In this document: positions 26,455 to 35,128 of the stretch, piece after piece | Numbering within the stretch: position 1 is the first letter of the stretch | How the letters are laid out: each line of letters opens with the position of its first letter | Notes under the pieces: generated by a model | What the model saw: the letters and a program-made list of their open reading frames with translations, nothing else | Databases searched by the model: none | What the model was told of the DNA's origin: nothing | NCBI GenBank assembly: GCA_024653205.1 | Contig: JANLFO010000002.1 | Location: 15,776-79,775, forward strand | DNA: 64,000 nucleotides | Direction of reading: 5' to 3' | Source of the DNA: Clostridia bacterium | Lineage (GTDB): Bacteria; Bacillota; DSM-521; Neomoorellales; SLTJ01 | Program-made: the position numbers and the translations under genes

Positions 26455-27468
26455 GTGCTGGATAAAGAAAAATCGTTAGAGGCCGCCCTCCAGCAAATCG
26501 AGAGACAGTTTGGAAAAGGTTCCATCATGCGGTTAGGCGACGCCGGCGCCATGTTTACCGTGGACGTAATACCCACCGGAGCCATTTCTCTGGATCTGGC
26601 CCTGGGTGTGGGTGGAGTACCACGGGGCAGGATCGTTGAGATCTACGGACCGGAATCTTCGGGGAAGACCACCGTCGCCCTGCACATCGTGGCAGAGGCC
26701 CAAAAGTTGGGCGGCACCGCCGCCTTTATTGATGCGGAGCATGCCCTCGACCCTTCCTACGCCCGGAACCTGGGGGTAGACGTGGACAACCTTCTGGTCA
26801 GCCAGCCCGATACCGGCGAGCAGGCCCTGGAGATCGCCGAAACCCTGGTTCGCAGCGGTGCCGTAGACGTGGTGGTCATCGATTCCGTCGCCGCTTTGGT
26901 GCCCCGGGCGGAGCTGGAAGGTGAAATGGGGGACGCCTACGTGGGCCTGCAGGCGCGGCTCATGTCTCAGGCCCTCCGCAAGCTGGCAGGGGCCATCAGC
27001 AAGTCCCGTACGGTTGCCATCTTTATCAACCAATTGCGGGAGAAAGTAGGCGTGATGTTCGGCAGCCCGGAGACTACGCCCGGCGGCCGGGCTCTAAAGT
27101 TTTACGCCTCGGTGCGCCTGGAAGTGAGAAAGGTAGACGTGGTCAAGCAAGGCACGGACACCGTGGGTAGCCGCACCCGGGTTAAGGTGGTCAAGAACAA
27201 GGTGGCACCTCCTTTCCGTCAGGCGGACTTCGACATAATCTACGGGGAGGGTATTTCCCGGGAAGGCTGCATACTGGACCTGGCGGTGGAGAGGCAGGTA
27301 GTGCAGAAGAGCGGTGCCTGGTATGCCTACGGCGAGGAACGCCTGGGACAGGGCCGGGAAAATGCCAAAGAGTATCTCAAGGAGCACCCGGAGGTGTCCA
27401 GGGCCATTGAGGAACAAATCCTCAGCCTCCTCAACCTGCGGCAGCCGCGTCGCCCTCCGGAAGCGTGA
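26455..27468 (+). CDS. recA: Recombinase RecA
   Basis: Unambiguous RecA sequence ([46 protein letters not shown]). Start set to the GTG at 26455, 6 nt after AGGGGGA. ATG 26449 and GTG 26434 (track) have no usable SD spacing. Confidence 0.95.
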   Translation: MLDKEKSLEAALQQIERQFGKGSIMRLGDAGAMFTVDVIPTGAISLDLALGVGGVPRGRIVEIYGPESSGKTTVALHIVAEAQKLGGTAAFIDAEHALDPSYARNLGVDVDNLLVSQPDTGEQALEIAETLVRSGAVDVVVIDSVAALVPRAELEGEMGDAYVGLQARLMSQALRKLAGAISKSRTVAIFINQLREKVGVMFGSPETTPGGRALKFYASVRLEVRKVDVVKQGTDTVGSRTRVKVVKNKVAPPFRQADFDIIYGEGISREGCILDLAVERQVVQKSGAWYAYGEERLGQGRENAKEYLKEHPEVSRAIEEQILSLLNLRQPRRPPEA

Positions 27469-27958
27469 GCCCCTGCAATTCGAGGAAGCCCTGCGCTTAG
27501 CCGTGCGCTGGCTGGGCCGCCGGGACCGGCCCGGAGGAGAACTGGAGCGGAAGCTGTGCGAGAAGGGTGCCGACCAGGCAGTGGCCGCCCGGGTCGTAGA
27601 GCATCTCCGGGAGCGGGGATGGCTCGACGACGCGGGCTGGGCCGAGAGATGGATAGCTGCGCACCTGGAAAGAGGGTGGGGCCGGCACCGGCTGGTGGGA
27701 GGGCTGCTCGGGCGGGGTTTCTCCCGGGCCGAGGCCGAGGAGTTGGTGGCGCGCCTGGTCGGCCGGGAAACCGAGGTGCGGGAAGGTCTCAGGGTTCTGC
27801 AGCGAAGGTGGAGGCCTCCGGAAGGCGGAAACCGCTGGGCGTCCGCATCCTCGTTTCTTAGGCGCCGCGGTTTTAGCGGAGAGAGCCTTGCCGCGCTGAA
27901 GAAGAGGCTCGAAACCGAAGGGTGGGCCGACCTTGACAACCCGGAAGAGGGGGAATAG
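27362..27958 (+). CDS. recX: Recombination regulator RecX (start unresolved)
   Basis: RecX-type three-helix repeats ([19 protein letters not shown]...[18 protein letters not shown]...). Candidate starts: ATG 27362 (107-nt overlap with recA), CTG 27473, or GTG 27503 (which would truncate helix 1). Confidence 0.75.
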   Translation: MPKSISRSTRRCPGPLRNKSSASSTCGSRVALRKREPLQFEEALRLAVRWLGRRDRPGGELERKLCEKGADQAVAARVVEHLRERGWLDDAGWAERWIAAHLERGWGRHRLVGGLLGRGFSRAEAEELVARLVGRETEVREGLRVLQRRWRPPEGGNRWASASSFLRRRGFSGESLAALKKRLETEGWADLDNPEEGE

Positions 27959-28048
27959 AATACAGCCAGGAAACGAGGTAGGCTCCTGCCAGCGTTTTGG
28001 CCAGGACAACCGGAGGTAGAAAACGGCAAAGCGGAATGTAGTCTTCAG

Positions 28049-28076
28049 GGCCGAGTTTCTACTCGGCCTTTTACTT
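28049..28076 (+). terminator. Intrinsic terminator after recX
   Basis: GGCCGAGT (28049-28056), loop TTCT, ACTCGGCC (28061-28068), then TTTTACTT. Confidence 0.75.
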
Positions 28077-28093
28077 CAAGGGGGTGAAAACGC

Positions 28094-29638
28094 ATCGGCA
28101 ATATCTGGCTATTACTCGGTGCAGGTATACTCCTGCTACTCGCCGGAACTCTGATCGGTTACTGGCTGAGGAAACGGCTTGCCGAGGCACAAATAGCTTC
28201 TGCAGAAGCCGAAGCCCAAAAGATCCTCCAGGAAGCAGTAAGGGAAGCCGAAGCCAAGAAGCGCGAGGCGGTACTCGAGGCCAAGGAAGAGGTCCAAAAG
28301 TTGCGCTCCGAGCTGGACAGGGAGGTCCGGGAACGTCGGAGCGAACTGCAACGGCTGGAGCGCCGCCTGGTGCAGAAAGAAGAAAGCCTGGAGCGCAAGA
28401 CCGAGTCCATAGAGCGCAAGGAAGCGGCATTACAGCGTAAGGAGCAAGAGGTAGAAAGCCTCAGGGCAAAGCTGGAAGAAACCTATCGCCGTCAGTTGAG
28501 CGAGCTGGAGCGGGTGGCCAATCTCACCTACGATGAGGCCAAGGAGTTGCTCCTGGCCCGCGTGGAGGAAGAGATCAGGCACGAAACCGCCAACCTGGTT
28601 CGAGAACTGGAGGCCCGCGCCAAGGAAGAGGCGGAGAAGAGAGCCCGGGAAATAATAACCCAGGCCATTCAGCGCTGCGCCGCGGACCACGTGGCCGAGA
28701 CAACCGTATCGGTAGTGAGCCTGCCCAACGACGAGATGAAGGGGCGGATAATCGGGCGGGAAGGCCGGAACATCCGCACCCTGGAGACCCTAACCGGCAT
28801 AGACTTGATCATCGATGATACGCCAGAGGCGGTGATCCTTTCGGGGTTCGATCCCATCCGGCGGGAAGTCGCCCGGTTGGCCCTGGAAAAACTCATTGCC
28901 GACGGACGCATACATCCCGCCCGCATCGAAGAGATGGTCGAACGGGCGCAGAAGGAACTGGAACAGAAGATCAGGGAGGAAGGGGAGCAGGCCGCGATCA
29001 AGGTAGGTATCCAGGGCCTGCATCCGGAACTCATCCGGCTGTTGGGAAGGCTTAAATATCGTACGAGTTACGGTCAGAACGTGCTCCAGCACTCGATCGA
29101 GGTCGCTCAGCTGGCTGCGGCCATGGCGGCCGAGCTGGGAGCGGACGTGCAGTTGGCCAAGAGGGCAGGCCTGCTGCACGACCTAGGCAAGGCCGTAGAC
29201 CACGAGGTGGAAGGACCCCACGTGACCGTGGGTGTGGACCTGGCCAAGAAATATCGGGAAAGCCCGGAAGTGGTGCACGCCATCGCCGCCCACCACGGGG
29301 ACGTCGAGCCGCGTACGGTTGAGGCGGTCCTGGTTCAGGCCGCGGATGCCGTGTCTGCCGCCCGGCCGGGGGCCCGGCGAGAGACACTGGAGGCCTACAT
29401 CAAGCGGCTGGAGAAGCTGGAAGAAATCGCGGATTCCTTTGACGGCGTGGAAAAGGCCTATGCTATTCAGGCCGGGCGCGAGGTGCGCATCATGGTCAAG
29501 CCGGAGAAGGTAAATGATCAGGAGGCGGTGCTGCTCGCCCGGGATATAGTCAAAAAGATCGAGACCGAGTTGGAGTATCCGGGGCAAATAAAGATAACGG
29601 TGATCCGAGAAACGCGAGCGGTTGACTACGCCAAATAG
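28094..29638 (+). CDS. rny: Ribonuclease Y
   Basis: TM anchor [22 protein letters not shown], a coiled coil, a KH domain ([12 protein letters not shown]) and an HD domain (LLHDLGKA). The track ORF starts at TTG 28301 and omits the TM and coiled-coil region, which is in frame but has no ATG/GTG/TTG. ATC at 28094 sits 6 nt after AAGGGGGTGA. Confidence 0.9.
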   Translation: MGNIWLLLGAGILLLLAGTLIGYWLRKRLAEAQIASAEAEAQKILQEAVREAEAKKREAVLEAKEEVQKLRSELDREVRERRSELQRLERRLVQKEESLERKTESIERKEAALQRKEQEVESLRAKLEETYRRQLSELERVANLTYDEAKELLLARVEEEIRHETANLVRELEARAKEEAEKRAREIITQAIQRCAADHVAETTVSVVSLPNDEMKGRIIGREGRNIRTLETLTGIDLIIDDTPEAVILSGFDPIRREVARLALEKLIADGRIHPARIEEMVERAQKELEQKIREEGEQAAIKVGIQGLHPELIRLLGRLKYRTSYGQNVLQHSIEVAQLAAAMAAELGADVQLAKRAGLLHDLGKAVDHEVEGPHVTVGVDLAKKYRESPEVVHAIAAHHGDVEPRTVEAVLVQAADAVSAARPGARRETLEAYIKRLEKLEEIADSFDGVEKAYAIQAGREVRIMVKPEKVNDQEAVLLARDIVKKIETELEYPGQIKITVIRETRAVDYAK

Positions 29639-29657
29639 GGCGGCCGCAAGAGAGGAT

Positions 29658-29693
29658 CGGCGCGGGGCAGGAGGATTCACCTGCCCCGCGCCG
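29658..29693 (+). terminator. GC-rich hairpin after rny (terminator-like, no U-tract)
   Basis: Perfect 14-bp stem CGGCGCGGGGCAGG / CCTGCCCCGCGCCG with an 8-nt loop. Starts 20 nt after the rny stop. Confidence 0.4.
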
Positions 29694-29746
29694 AACTAAC
29701 CCCAGTATCGGCCCTGTCCGGTCAGGTCGGTAAAGGTAGGTGAGGG

Positions 29747-30277
29747 TTGGTGAATAGTCCCGGTCAGACGGACGCTACTTCCGAAAGCGTCGGGCTGCTT
29801 ATTTCCCTCCTGGTGCGCTACCCCGAAGTGGCGAGCATCAACTACGAGCCCAAGACTCACGCCTTGAAGTTCACCTTCATACTTAAAGAGGTCCTCTCAC
29901 CGGAAAGGCTCCGGCAGCTCGAGCGGAGGTTTGCCGAGTGCCTGGAGGCCCTGGCGTACTTAACCAAGCGAAAGTGTCGCCTGGCCAGCCTGGAGGCCAG
30001 CGTTCACGAGAACCTTACCTTCCTGGAAGTCAGACGGGATATGGCCTCGCTTACCGAAGAAGAGATTTCTCTCCTGATCGGTCTGCTGCGCCAGGAATTC
30101 GGAAACTCTCTGGTAAGGGAGCAGAACGACCCCACGCTGGAAGAGGAACTCCTGGCCGAGGAGGATCTGATCAGCCATATGCTGGAAAACGTGAGGGAGA
30201 AAGTTCCCGATAAGCGCCTTATCGCCTTCCGCGAGGAGGGCAAGGTGCTGGTGTTTGCCAACCGAAATCGGCTATAA
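29747..30277 (+). CDS. Hypothetical cytoplasmic protein (no recognised domain)
   Basis: 176-aa ORF with host-like codon usage and SD AAAGGTAGGTGAGGG. Inserted between rny and ymdB. Confidence 0.55.
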   Translation: MVNSPGQTDATSESVGLLISLLVRYPEVASINYEPKTHALKFTFILKEVLSPERLRQLERRFAECLEALAYLTKRKCRLASLEASVHENLTFLEVRRDMASLTEEEISLLIGLLRQEFGNSLVREQNDPTLEEELLAEEDLISHMLENVREKVPDKRLIAFREEGKVLVFANRNRL

Positions 30278-30293
30278 GGTGGCCCTGGCAGCG

Positions 30294-31094
30294 GTGCGAT
30301 TCGTGGTCATCGGCGATATCGTGGGTCGGCCGGGGAGGCGGGCACTGCGCAGGCTCCTACCCGGCCTACTGCACGAGACCGGGGCGGAAATGGTCATCGC
30401 CAACGGCGAGAATGCCGCCGGGGGTAACGGTATTACCCGGGCCGTGGCGGCGGAGCTGTTCGGAGCCGGGGTGGACGTGATCACCACCGGGAATCACGTG
30501 TGGGACCAGAAGGAAGCCCTGGAGCTTCTGGACGAGGAGGCGCGCATTCTGCGGCCGGCCAACTATCCGGCAGGGACGCCGGGACAGGGGTGGCAGGTTT
30601 ACCGTACCCGCAGCGGCCGGGCGGTGGCGATAGTCAATCTCGCCGGTCGGGTGTTTCAGGCAGATCTGGACTGTCCCTTCCGCCTCGCACACGCGCTGGT
30701 GGAGGAGATCCGGCCGCGTACCCCGATCATACTGATCGATTTTCACGCGGAAGCCACCTCGGAAAAGCAGGCCTTTGCCTGGTACATGGACGGCCGGGTA
30801 AGTGCGGTCGTGGGTACGCACACGCACGTTCAGACCAGCGACGCCCGCGTTCTGCCCGGCGGTACGGCCTACATTACCGACCTGGGCATGACCGGGCCGC
30901 GGGATTCGGTCATCGGCGTGAAGAAGGAACTCGTAATCCGGAAGTTCCTGACCCAGATGCCGGTGAGGTTCGAGGTGGCGGGTGGTGCGGTGCAAATGGA
31001 CGGGGTGGTAATAGACGTGGACGCGGAAACCGGGCGGGCGCTGGACATCAGGGCGGTGAGGTGCCTTTTGGAGGCGGGAGAGGATTCCGGTTAA
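30294..31094 (+). CDS. ymdB: YmdB-type metallophosphoesterase (2',3'-cyclic-nucleotide 2'-phosphodiesterase family)
   Basis: VRFVVIGDIVGRPGRRAL...ANGENAAGGNGIT...DFHAEATSEK...GTHTHVQTSD. GTG at 30294 gives the family-typical N-terminus. Confidence 0.9.
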   Translation: MRFVVIGDIVGRPGRRALRRLLPGLLHETGAEMVIANGENAAGGNGITRAVAAELFGAGVDVITTGNHVWDQKEALELLDEEARILRPANYPAGTPGQGWQVYRTRSGRAVAIVNLAGRVFQADLDCPFRLAHALVEEIRPRTPIILIDFHAEATSEKQAFAWYMDGRVSAVVGTHTHVQTSDARVLPGGTAYITDLGMTGPRDSVIGVKKELVIRKFLTQMPVRFEVAGGAVQMDGVVIDVDAETGRALDIRAVRCLLEAGEDSG

Positions 31095-31110
31095 AAAAGT
31101 TTTATTGCCG

Positions 31111-31137
31111 GAAGGAATTTAGTAAAATTACGAGAAT
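31111..31137 (+). promoter_or_regulatory. Possible sigma-H-type promoter of spoVS
   Basis: GAAGGAATT (31111-31119; consensus RNAGGAWWW), 11-nt spacer, CGAGAAT (31131-37; consensus RNNGAAT, first position mismatched). Lies in an AT-rich spacer. Confidence 0.35.
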
Positions 31138-31179
31138 ATACACATTCACCACTACACTCTATTCCTGGGGAGGTCAAGT

Positions 31180-31440
31180 ATGGACGTCCTGAAGGTTTCG
31201 GCAAAATCTAATCCCAACGCGGTGGCCGGCGCATTGGCCGCGGTATTGCGGGAAAAGGGTGGGGCGGAGATCCAGGCTATCGGGGCCGGAGCCATAAATC
31301 AGGCCGTGAAAGCGGTGGCCATTGCCCGTGGTTTTGTGGCCCCGGGCGGACTAGATCTGATCTGCATCCCGGCCTTTACCGACATCCAGATCGACGGCGA
31401 AGAGAGAACGGCCATCAAGTTTATCGTGGAGCCCAGGTAG
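31180..31440 (+). CDS. spoVS: Stage V sporulation protein S
   Basis: 86-aa ORF MDVLKVSAKSNPNAVAGALAAVLREKG...AIGAGAINQAVKAVAIARGF..., essentially invariant SpoVS sequence. SD GGGGAGG. Confidence 0.95.
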   Translation: MDVLKVSAKSNPNAVAGALAAVLREKGGAEIQAIGAGAINQAVKAVAIARGFVAPGGLDLICIPAFTDIQIDGEERTAIKFIVEPR

Positions 31441-31481
31441 TTTTCTCCACCCGGGCAACCGTTTGTTGAGTCCGAGAGCAG

Positions 31482-31525
31482 AAGGCCTGTTGGCCTCTTA
31501 GGGCGGAAACAGGCCTTTTGCTTTG
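31482..31525 (+). terminator. Intrinsic terminator after spoVS
   Basis: AAGGCCTGTT (31482-31491) pairs with AACAGGCCTT (31508-31517), followed by TTTGCTTTG. Confidence 0.7.
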
Positions 31526-31568
31526 CGTCTTATCTCTTCTTAATAAGGATACGGGGAGGTAGCCGGCC

Positions 31569-32546
31569 TTGGAGCAAAGATGGGTGGAGGCCGCAGAACG
31601 GCTGCACGGAATTTACCCGGTGGTGGACGCCCATTGCGATACCGTGCTGCGCTGGATTCAGGGCGAGAGCCTGGTTTCCGCTCCTTCCGGTCAGGTCGAC
31701 CTGGGCCGCCTGCGCCAAGGAGGCGTGAGGCTCGTCTTTTGCGCCCTATTCGTGGAGAGGACTTATCCCCCCGGCAGCCGCCTGCTGCGGGCTCTGCAGC
31801 TGCTGGATCGTTTTTGGCAGGAATACGAACGCCACCCCCGGGACCTGCTCCTCATTCAGAGCCGCGGCGATCTGCGAGACCTGGGGACGGATTCCCGCAT
31901 AGGAGTGCTGCTCACCCTAGAAGGGGGGGAGGCGCTGGAGGAAGAGCTGGCAGTCCTGCGCCAGTTTTACCGGCTGGGCCTGCGAGGGCTGGGGCTAACC
32001 TGGAACCAACGCAACGCCCTGGCCGGCGGGGTGGCGGAGCAGCGCGCGCCGGGGCTCAGCGACTTCGGGGCGGAGGTGCTGAGAGAATTGAACCGGCTGG
32101 GCATGGTAGTGGATGTGGCCCATCTGAGCGAGCGTGCTTTCTGGGAGGTCATGGAGATGAGCCGGGGCCCGGTGGTGGCCACCCACGCCAACGTCTATCG
32201 CCTCTGCCCCCACCCACGTAACCTTAGGGATGCCCAGCTTAAGGCCCTGGCGTCCAGCGGAGGAGTGATAGGCGTTACCTTTGTCCCCGGCTTTGTGGAT
32301 CGCGACGCGCCCTCCCTGGATCGCCTGGTAGATCACCTGGAGTACCTGTGCTCGCTGGTCGGGGTGGAGGCCGTGGGCCTGGGCAGTGATTTTGACGGCG
32401 CCGAGGACCGCCTGCCGGGCTTGGAGGATGCGGGCTGCCTGCCCAGGCTCACCGCCCGGCTTTTGGCCCGGGGCTTTCGCGAGGAAGACGTGGCCAGGGT
32501 CCTGGGAGGAAACTGGCTGGCCCTGCTCGAAAGAGTATTACCCTAG
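31569..32546 (+). CDS. Membrane dipeptidase (peptidase family M19)
   Basis: VVDAHCDTVL, LTLEGGE, GLTWNQRNALAGG, DVAHLSE, ATHANV and GSDFDG motifs in family order. Confidence 0.85.
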   Translation: MEQRWVEAAERLHGIYPVVDAHCDTVLRWIQGESLVSAPSGQVDLGRLRQGGVRLVFCALFVERTYPPGSRLLRALQLLDRFWQEYERHPRDLLLIQSRGDLRDLGTDSRIGVLLTLEGGEALEEELAVLRQFYRLGLRGLGLTWNQRNALAGGVAEQRAPGLSDFGAEVLRELNRLGMVVDVAHLSERAFWEVMEMSRGPVVATHANVYRLCPHPRNLRDAQLKALASSGGVIGVTFVPGFVDRDAPSLDRLVDHLEYLCSLVGVEAVGLGSDFDGAEDRLPGLEDAGCLPRLTARLLARGFREEDVARVLGGNWLALLERVLP

Positions 32547-32561
32547 AGGAAGTGAGAACGG

Positions 32562-33401
32562 TTGGAATGCGATCTTCACGTGCATACTCGGGCCTCGGAC
32601 GGAGCCTTGACGCCGGAAGAGGTGGTAAGCCGGGCCGGGGAAGTGGGACTAAAGGCGGTGGCGATAACCGATCACGACACCACCGCCGGAGTGGAAGCGG
32701 CCCTTGAGGCGGGCAGGAAGCTGGGGATACTCGTCGTCCCCGGCATCGAGATAAGCACCGAATGGCGGGAGGAAGAAGTCCACGTCCTGGGTTACTGGCT
32801 GGACTACCGCCACCCCTGGCTGCAGCAAAGGCTCGCCCGGCGGCGGGAGGGTCGGCTGCGCCGGGCCCGCAAGATAGTGCAGCGCCTATCGGAATTCGGG
32901 CTGGAAATAAGCTGGGACCGGGTGCTGGATCTGGCGGGCGGGGCGGCGATAGGCCGACCCCACATCGCCATGGCCATGGTGGAGAAGGGCTACGCCGCCA
33001 GCCTGGAGGAAGCCTTCAGACGGTATCTGGACCGGGGGGCTCCGGGCTACGTGCCGCGTACGCCCCTGAGCCCCGCCGAGGCCGCAGATATTGTGCGGCG
33101 GGCGGGCGGGGCTCCGGTCTTGGCCCACCCCGGGCTTCTGAAGAAGAGGGAAATACTTGTCGAGCTGCTGGAGATCGACCTGGTGGGCCTGGAGGTGTAC
33201 TATCCCGGTCACGACGCCGAGACCACGGCCTGGCTGGAGAAGGTGGCCGTAGAGCGGGGGCTTCTCCTCACCGGAGGTTCGGACTTTCACGGTTACGGGG
33301 GCGAAGGCTACGCCGAACTGGGTGCAACCGGGGTCTCCCTGGAAGTGCCGGAGGCCCTGAGGGCGGCAGCCCTCCGGGACCGGGAGGGCAGGCAGGCCTA
33401 G
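32562..33401 (+). CDS. PHP-domain phosphoesterase (TrpH/YciV-like)
   Basis: CDLHVHTRASDGALTPEE...AITDHDT...GIEIS...LAHP...GGSDFHG. Confidence 0.85.
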   Translation: MECDLHVHTRASDGALTPEEVVSRAGEVGLKAVAITDHDTTAGVEAALEAGRKLGILVVPGIEISTEWREEEVHVLGYWLDYRHPWLQQRLARRREGRLRRARKIVQRLSEFGLEISWDRVLDLAGGAAIGRPHIAMAMVEKGYAASLEEAFRRYLDRGAPGYVPRTPLSPAEAADIVRRAGGAPVLAHPGLLKKREILVELLEIDLVGLEVYYPGHDAETTAWLEKVAVERGLLLTGGSDFHGYGGEGYAELGATGVSLEVPEALRAAALRDREGRQA

Positions 33402-33494
33402 GCCTGATGCCGCTGCTCTCCTCGGGGGCCTTGGCGATCCCCGGTCTGCCTTGCCGGAGGTTGGCGTTCCCCCCGCCGACCGGCGAGGCTTTAG

Positions 33495-34112
33495 GTGCTC
33501 GGTGAAACCCGGGCGGCCGGCGACAAGTGGGGCAACTGGATCGGGACGCTCGGTGACAGGAGGGAAGTAGGGATCGGTAACGCGCGCGCCGAATTGGTCT
33601 TGGTGACCGGCGGAGCTGGGAGCGGCCGGCACGCGCTGGCCGGGAAGCTGGCGGCGGAGCTGGGAGCGGCCGTCTTGCACCTTTGCGTTGAACGGTCGAT
33701 TGAAAAGGCCCCGCCCCCGCCGCGGTTGGAGAACGGGGCAGGCACACGGCAGGTGCGCGCCGAGTCTCTCCTGGAGACCCTGAAGCAATGGGAGGTCGGC
33801 GGGGAGGCCGTAGTGCTGGACGACCTGGCAAACTGGGTGGCGGCCCGGCTGGAAGTGTCGGGCTCCCGCGGCGGGTCGATGCCTTCGGGTTCGGAGGCGG
33901 TTCTTCGCGAAACGGAACTCCTTCTCGATACCCTCCGGCGTCGCCACCTTGCGACGGTGGCCCTGACCCGCGAGGTCGGGTGGGATGTGGTGCCGGACCG
34001 GCTGGAGGATCGGCTTTACCGGGATACTCTGGGCTGGGTAAACCAGGCCTGGGCCCGGACGGCGGATGCGGTCTGGCTCACCGTGGCCGGAGTGCCTTTT
34101 CGCCTGAAGTAA
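33495..34112 (+). CDS. CobU/CobP-like protein (adenosylcobinamide kinase/guanylyltransferase homolog) with a degenerate active site
   Basis: C-terminus LTREVGWDVVPDRLEDRLYRDTLGWVNQAWARTADAVWLTVAGVPFRLK is clearly CobU-like. The N-terminal P-loop reads LVTGGAGSGRHALAG (no Lys-Ser/Thr). Start uncertain: GTG 33495, or ATC 33573 placed 9 nt after AGGAGGGA. Confidence 0.65.
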   Translation: MLGETRAAGDKWGNWIGTLGDRREVGIGNARAELVLVTGGAGSGRHALAGKLAAELGAAVLHLCVERSIEKAPPPPRLENGAGTRQVRAESLLETLKQWEVGGEAVVLDDLANWVAARLEVSGSRGGSMPSGSEAVLRETELLLDTLRRRHLATVALTREVGWDVVPDRLEDRLYRDTLGWVNQAWARTADAVWLTVAGVPFRLK

Positions 34113-34173
34113 GCCCTGGAAAGGGGAAGCAGAGCTGGGCGGCCTGGAGCGAACGGTCGTTATATGGCTGGCG

Positions 34174-35097
34174 GTGCTCCTGGACTGGGCCATCGGTGAT
34201 CCCCGGTGGCGGGTGCATCCGGTGCGCCTCATGGGACAGGTGATCGCAGCCCTGGAGAGGCCGGCCCGGTTTGTCGGCCGGCGACCCTGGTCCCTGCGCC
34301 TGGCCGGCGGACTGACGGTGGCGGTAGTGGTCGGAGGTTCGTACCTGCTGCCGTGGTGGTTCCTCCAGTGGCTGATGTCAAGACATAGTTGGCTGGCGTT
34401 GGTTTTGGAGGCAACACTTATTGCCGGAGCGGTGGCCGCCCGCAGTCTGGGCGAGGCGGCCACCGCAGTTTACCAACGTCTGGCGGCCGGGGACCTGCCC
34501 GGAGCCAGGATTGCCGTTTCCGAGTTGGTGGCCAGGGATACGGAACACCTGACTCCGGAGGAAGTGGTCCGGGCGGCGGTAGAAACGGTGGCGGAAAACA
34601 CGGTGGACGGTGTGACCGCTCCCTTCTTCTACGCCCTCCTGGGGGGAGCCCCTCTGGCCCTCGCCTACCGCGCGGTAAACACGTTGGATTCTATGTGGGG
34701 CTACCGCGACGAACGCTACCGGGACCTGGGCTGGTGCGCGGCCAAACTCGACGATCTGGCCAATTATCTGCCCGCCCGCCTCACCGGCTTGCTGCTCTGT
34801 CTGCTCGCGGGCCTTGGGGGTTTTTCGGGCAAGAGGGCCTGGGAGGTTCTCCGGAGGGACGCGCGCCGGCACCCAAGCCCCAACAGCGGCTTCCCCGAGG
34901 CGGCGGTGGCAGGCGCTCTGGGAATACGGCTGGGCGGCGTCAATCGTTACCGGGGCAAGGAGGAATTTCGGCCTTACCTCGGTGAACCCTTGGAACCGCC
35001 GGACAAGGCGCACATTCTGAAGGCCGTACGGCTGATGTGCCGGACCGCCTTGTGCTTTCCGGCGGCGGGCACCGCGCTCTTGCTGTTGTTCCGGTAG
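34174..35097 (+). CDS. cbiB: Adenosylcobinamide-phosphate synthase
   Basis: LLDWAIGDPRWRVHPVRLMG... is the CbiB/CobD membrane protein signature. An in-frame upstream extension (CTG 34135 after GGAAAGGGGAAG) would add MGGLERTVVIWLA. Confidence 0.85.
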   Translation: MLLDWAIGDPRWRVHPVRLMGQVIAALERPARFVGRRPWSLRLAGGLTVAVVVGGSYLLPWWFLQWLMSRHSWLALVLEATLIAGAVAARSLGEAATAVYQRLAAGDLPGARIAVSELVARDTEHLTPEEVVRAAVETVAENTVDGVTAPFFYALLGGAPLALAYRAVNTLDSMWGYRDERYRDLGWCAAKLDDLANYLPARLTGLLLCLLAGLGGFSGKRAWEVLRRDARRHPSPNSGFPEAAVAGALGIRLGGVNRYRGKEEFRPYLGEPLEPPDKAHILKAVRLMCRTALCFPAAGTALLLLFR

Positions 35098-35128
35098 GAG
35101 CCACCGACGGGTACTTCTAGGAGGAAAT

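Noticed and set aside
26375-26455. LexA (Cheo box, GAAC-N4-GTTC) operator at the recA promoter.
   Set aside because: The only candidates are GAACGCCGTTG (26379-26389, a 3-nt spacer and GTTG instead of GTTC) and CGAGCGGGTTC (26418-26428, wrong spacing). Neither fits the consensus, so no operator is called. The true operator may be divergent.
28084-28440. Track ORF 28084-28440 (118 aa, GTG start) overlapping the rny 5' region.
   Set aside because: It is out of frame with the clearly RNase-Y-like TM and coiled-coil reading. Its GTG lies inside the SD sequence itself, and the translation is Arg/Ser-rich nonsense. It is relevant only as the alternative start if the A4 run at 28087-28090 is an assembly error.
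33402-33494. Cobalamin riboswitch upstream of the cob nucleotide-loop cluster. Also a weak repeat-like fragment, GATCCCCGGT (33436-33445) plus CCTTGCCGGA.
   Set aside because: No B12-box or GGGAA...CCGGTG...CCCGC core can be found in the 93-nt spacer. The repeat-like match is only two short words, too weak to call.
32886-34463. Very long ORFs antisense to confidently identified genes. Examples: 32886-34463 (525 aa), 46429-48033 (534 aa), 38897-40336 (479 aa), 55523-56638 (371 aa), 44580-45674 (364 aa), 1611-3185 (524 aa), 14984-16054 (356 aa), 59731-60675 (314 aa, which runs through the tRNA).
   Set aside because: Each lies opposite a gene with unmistakable family motifs. Their translations are Arg/Pro/Gly-rich and low in complexity, with no SD. 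Stop-codon depletion on the antisense strand is expected at this GC content.
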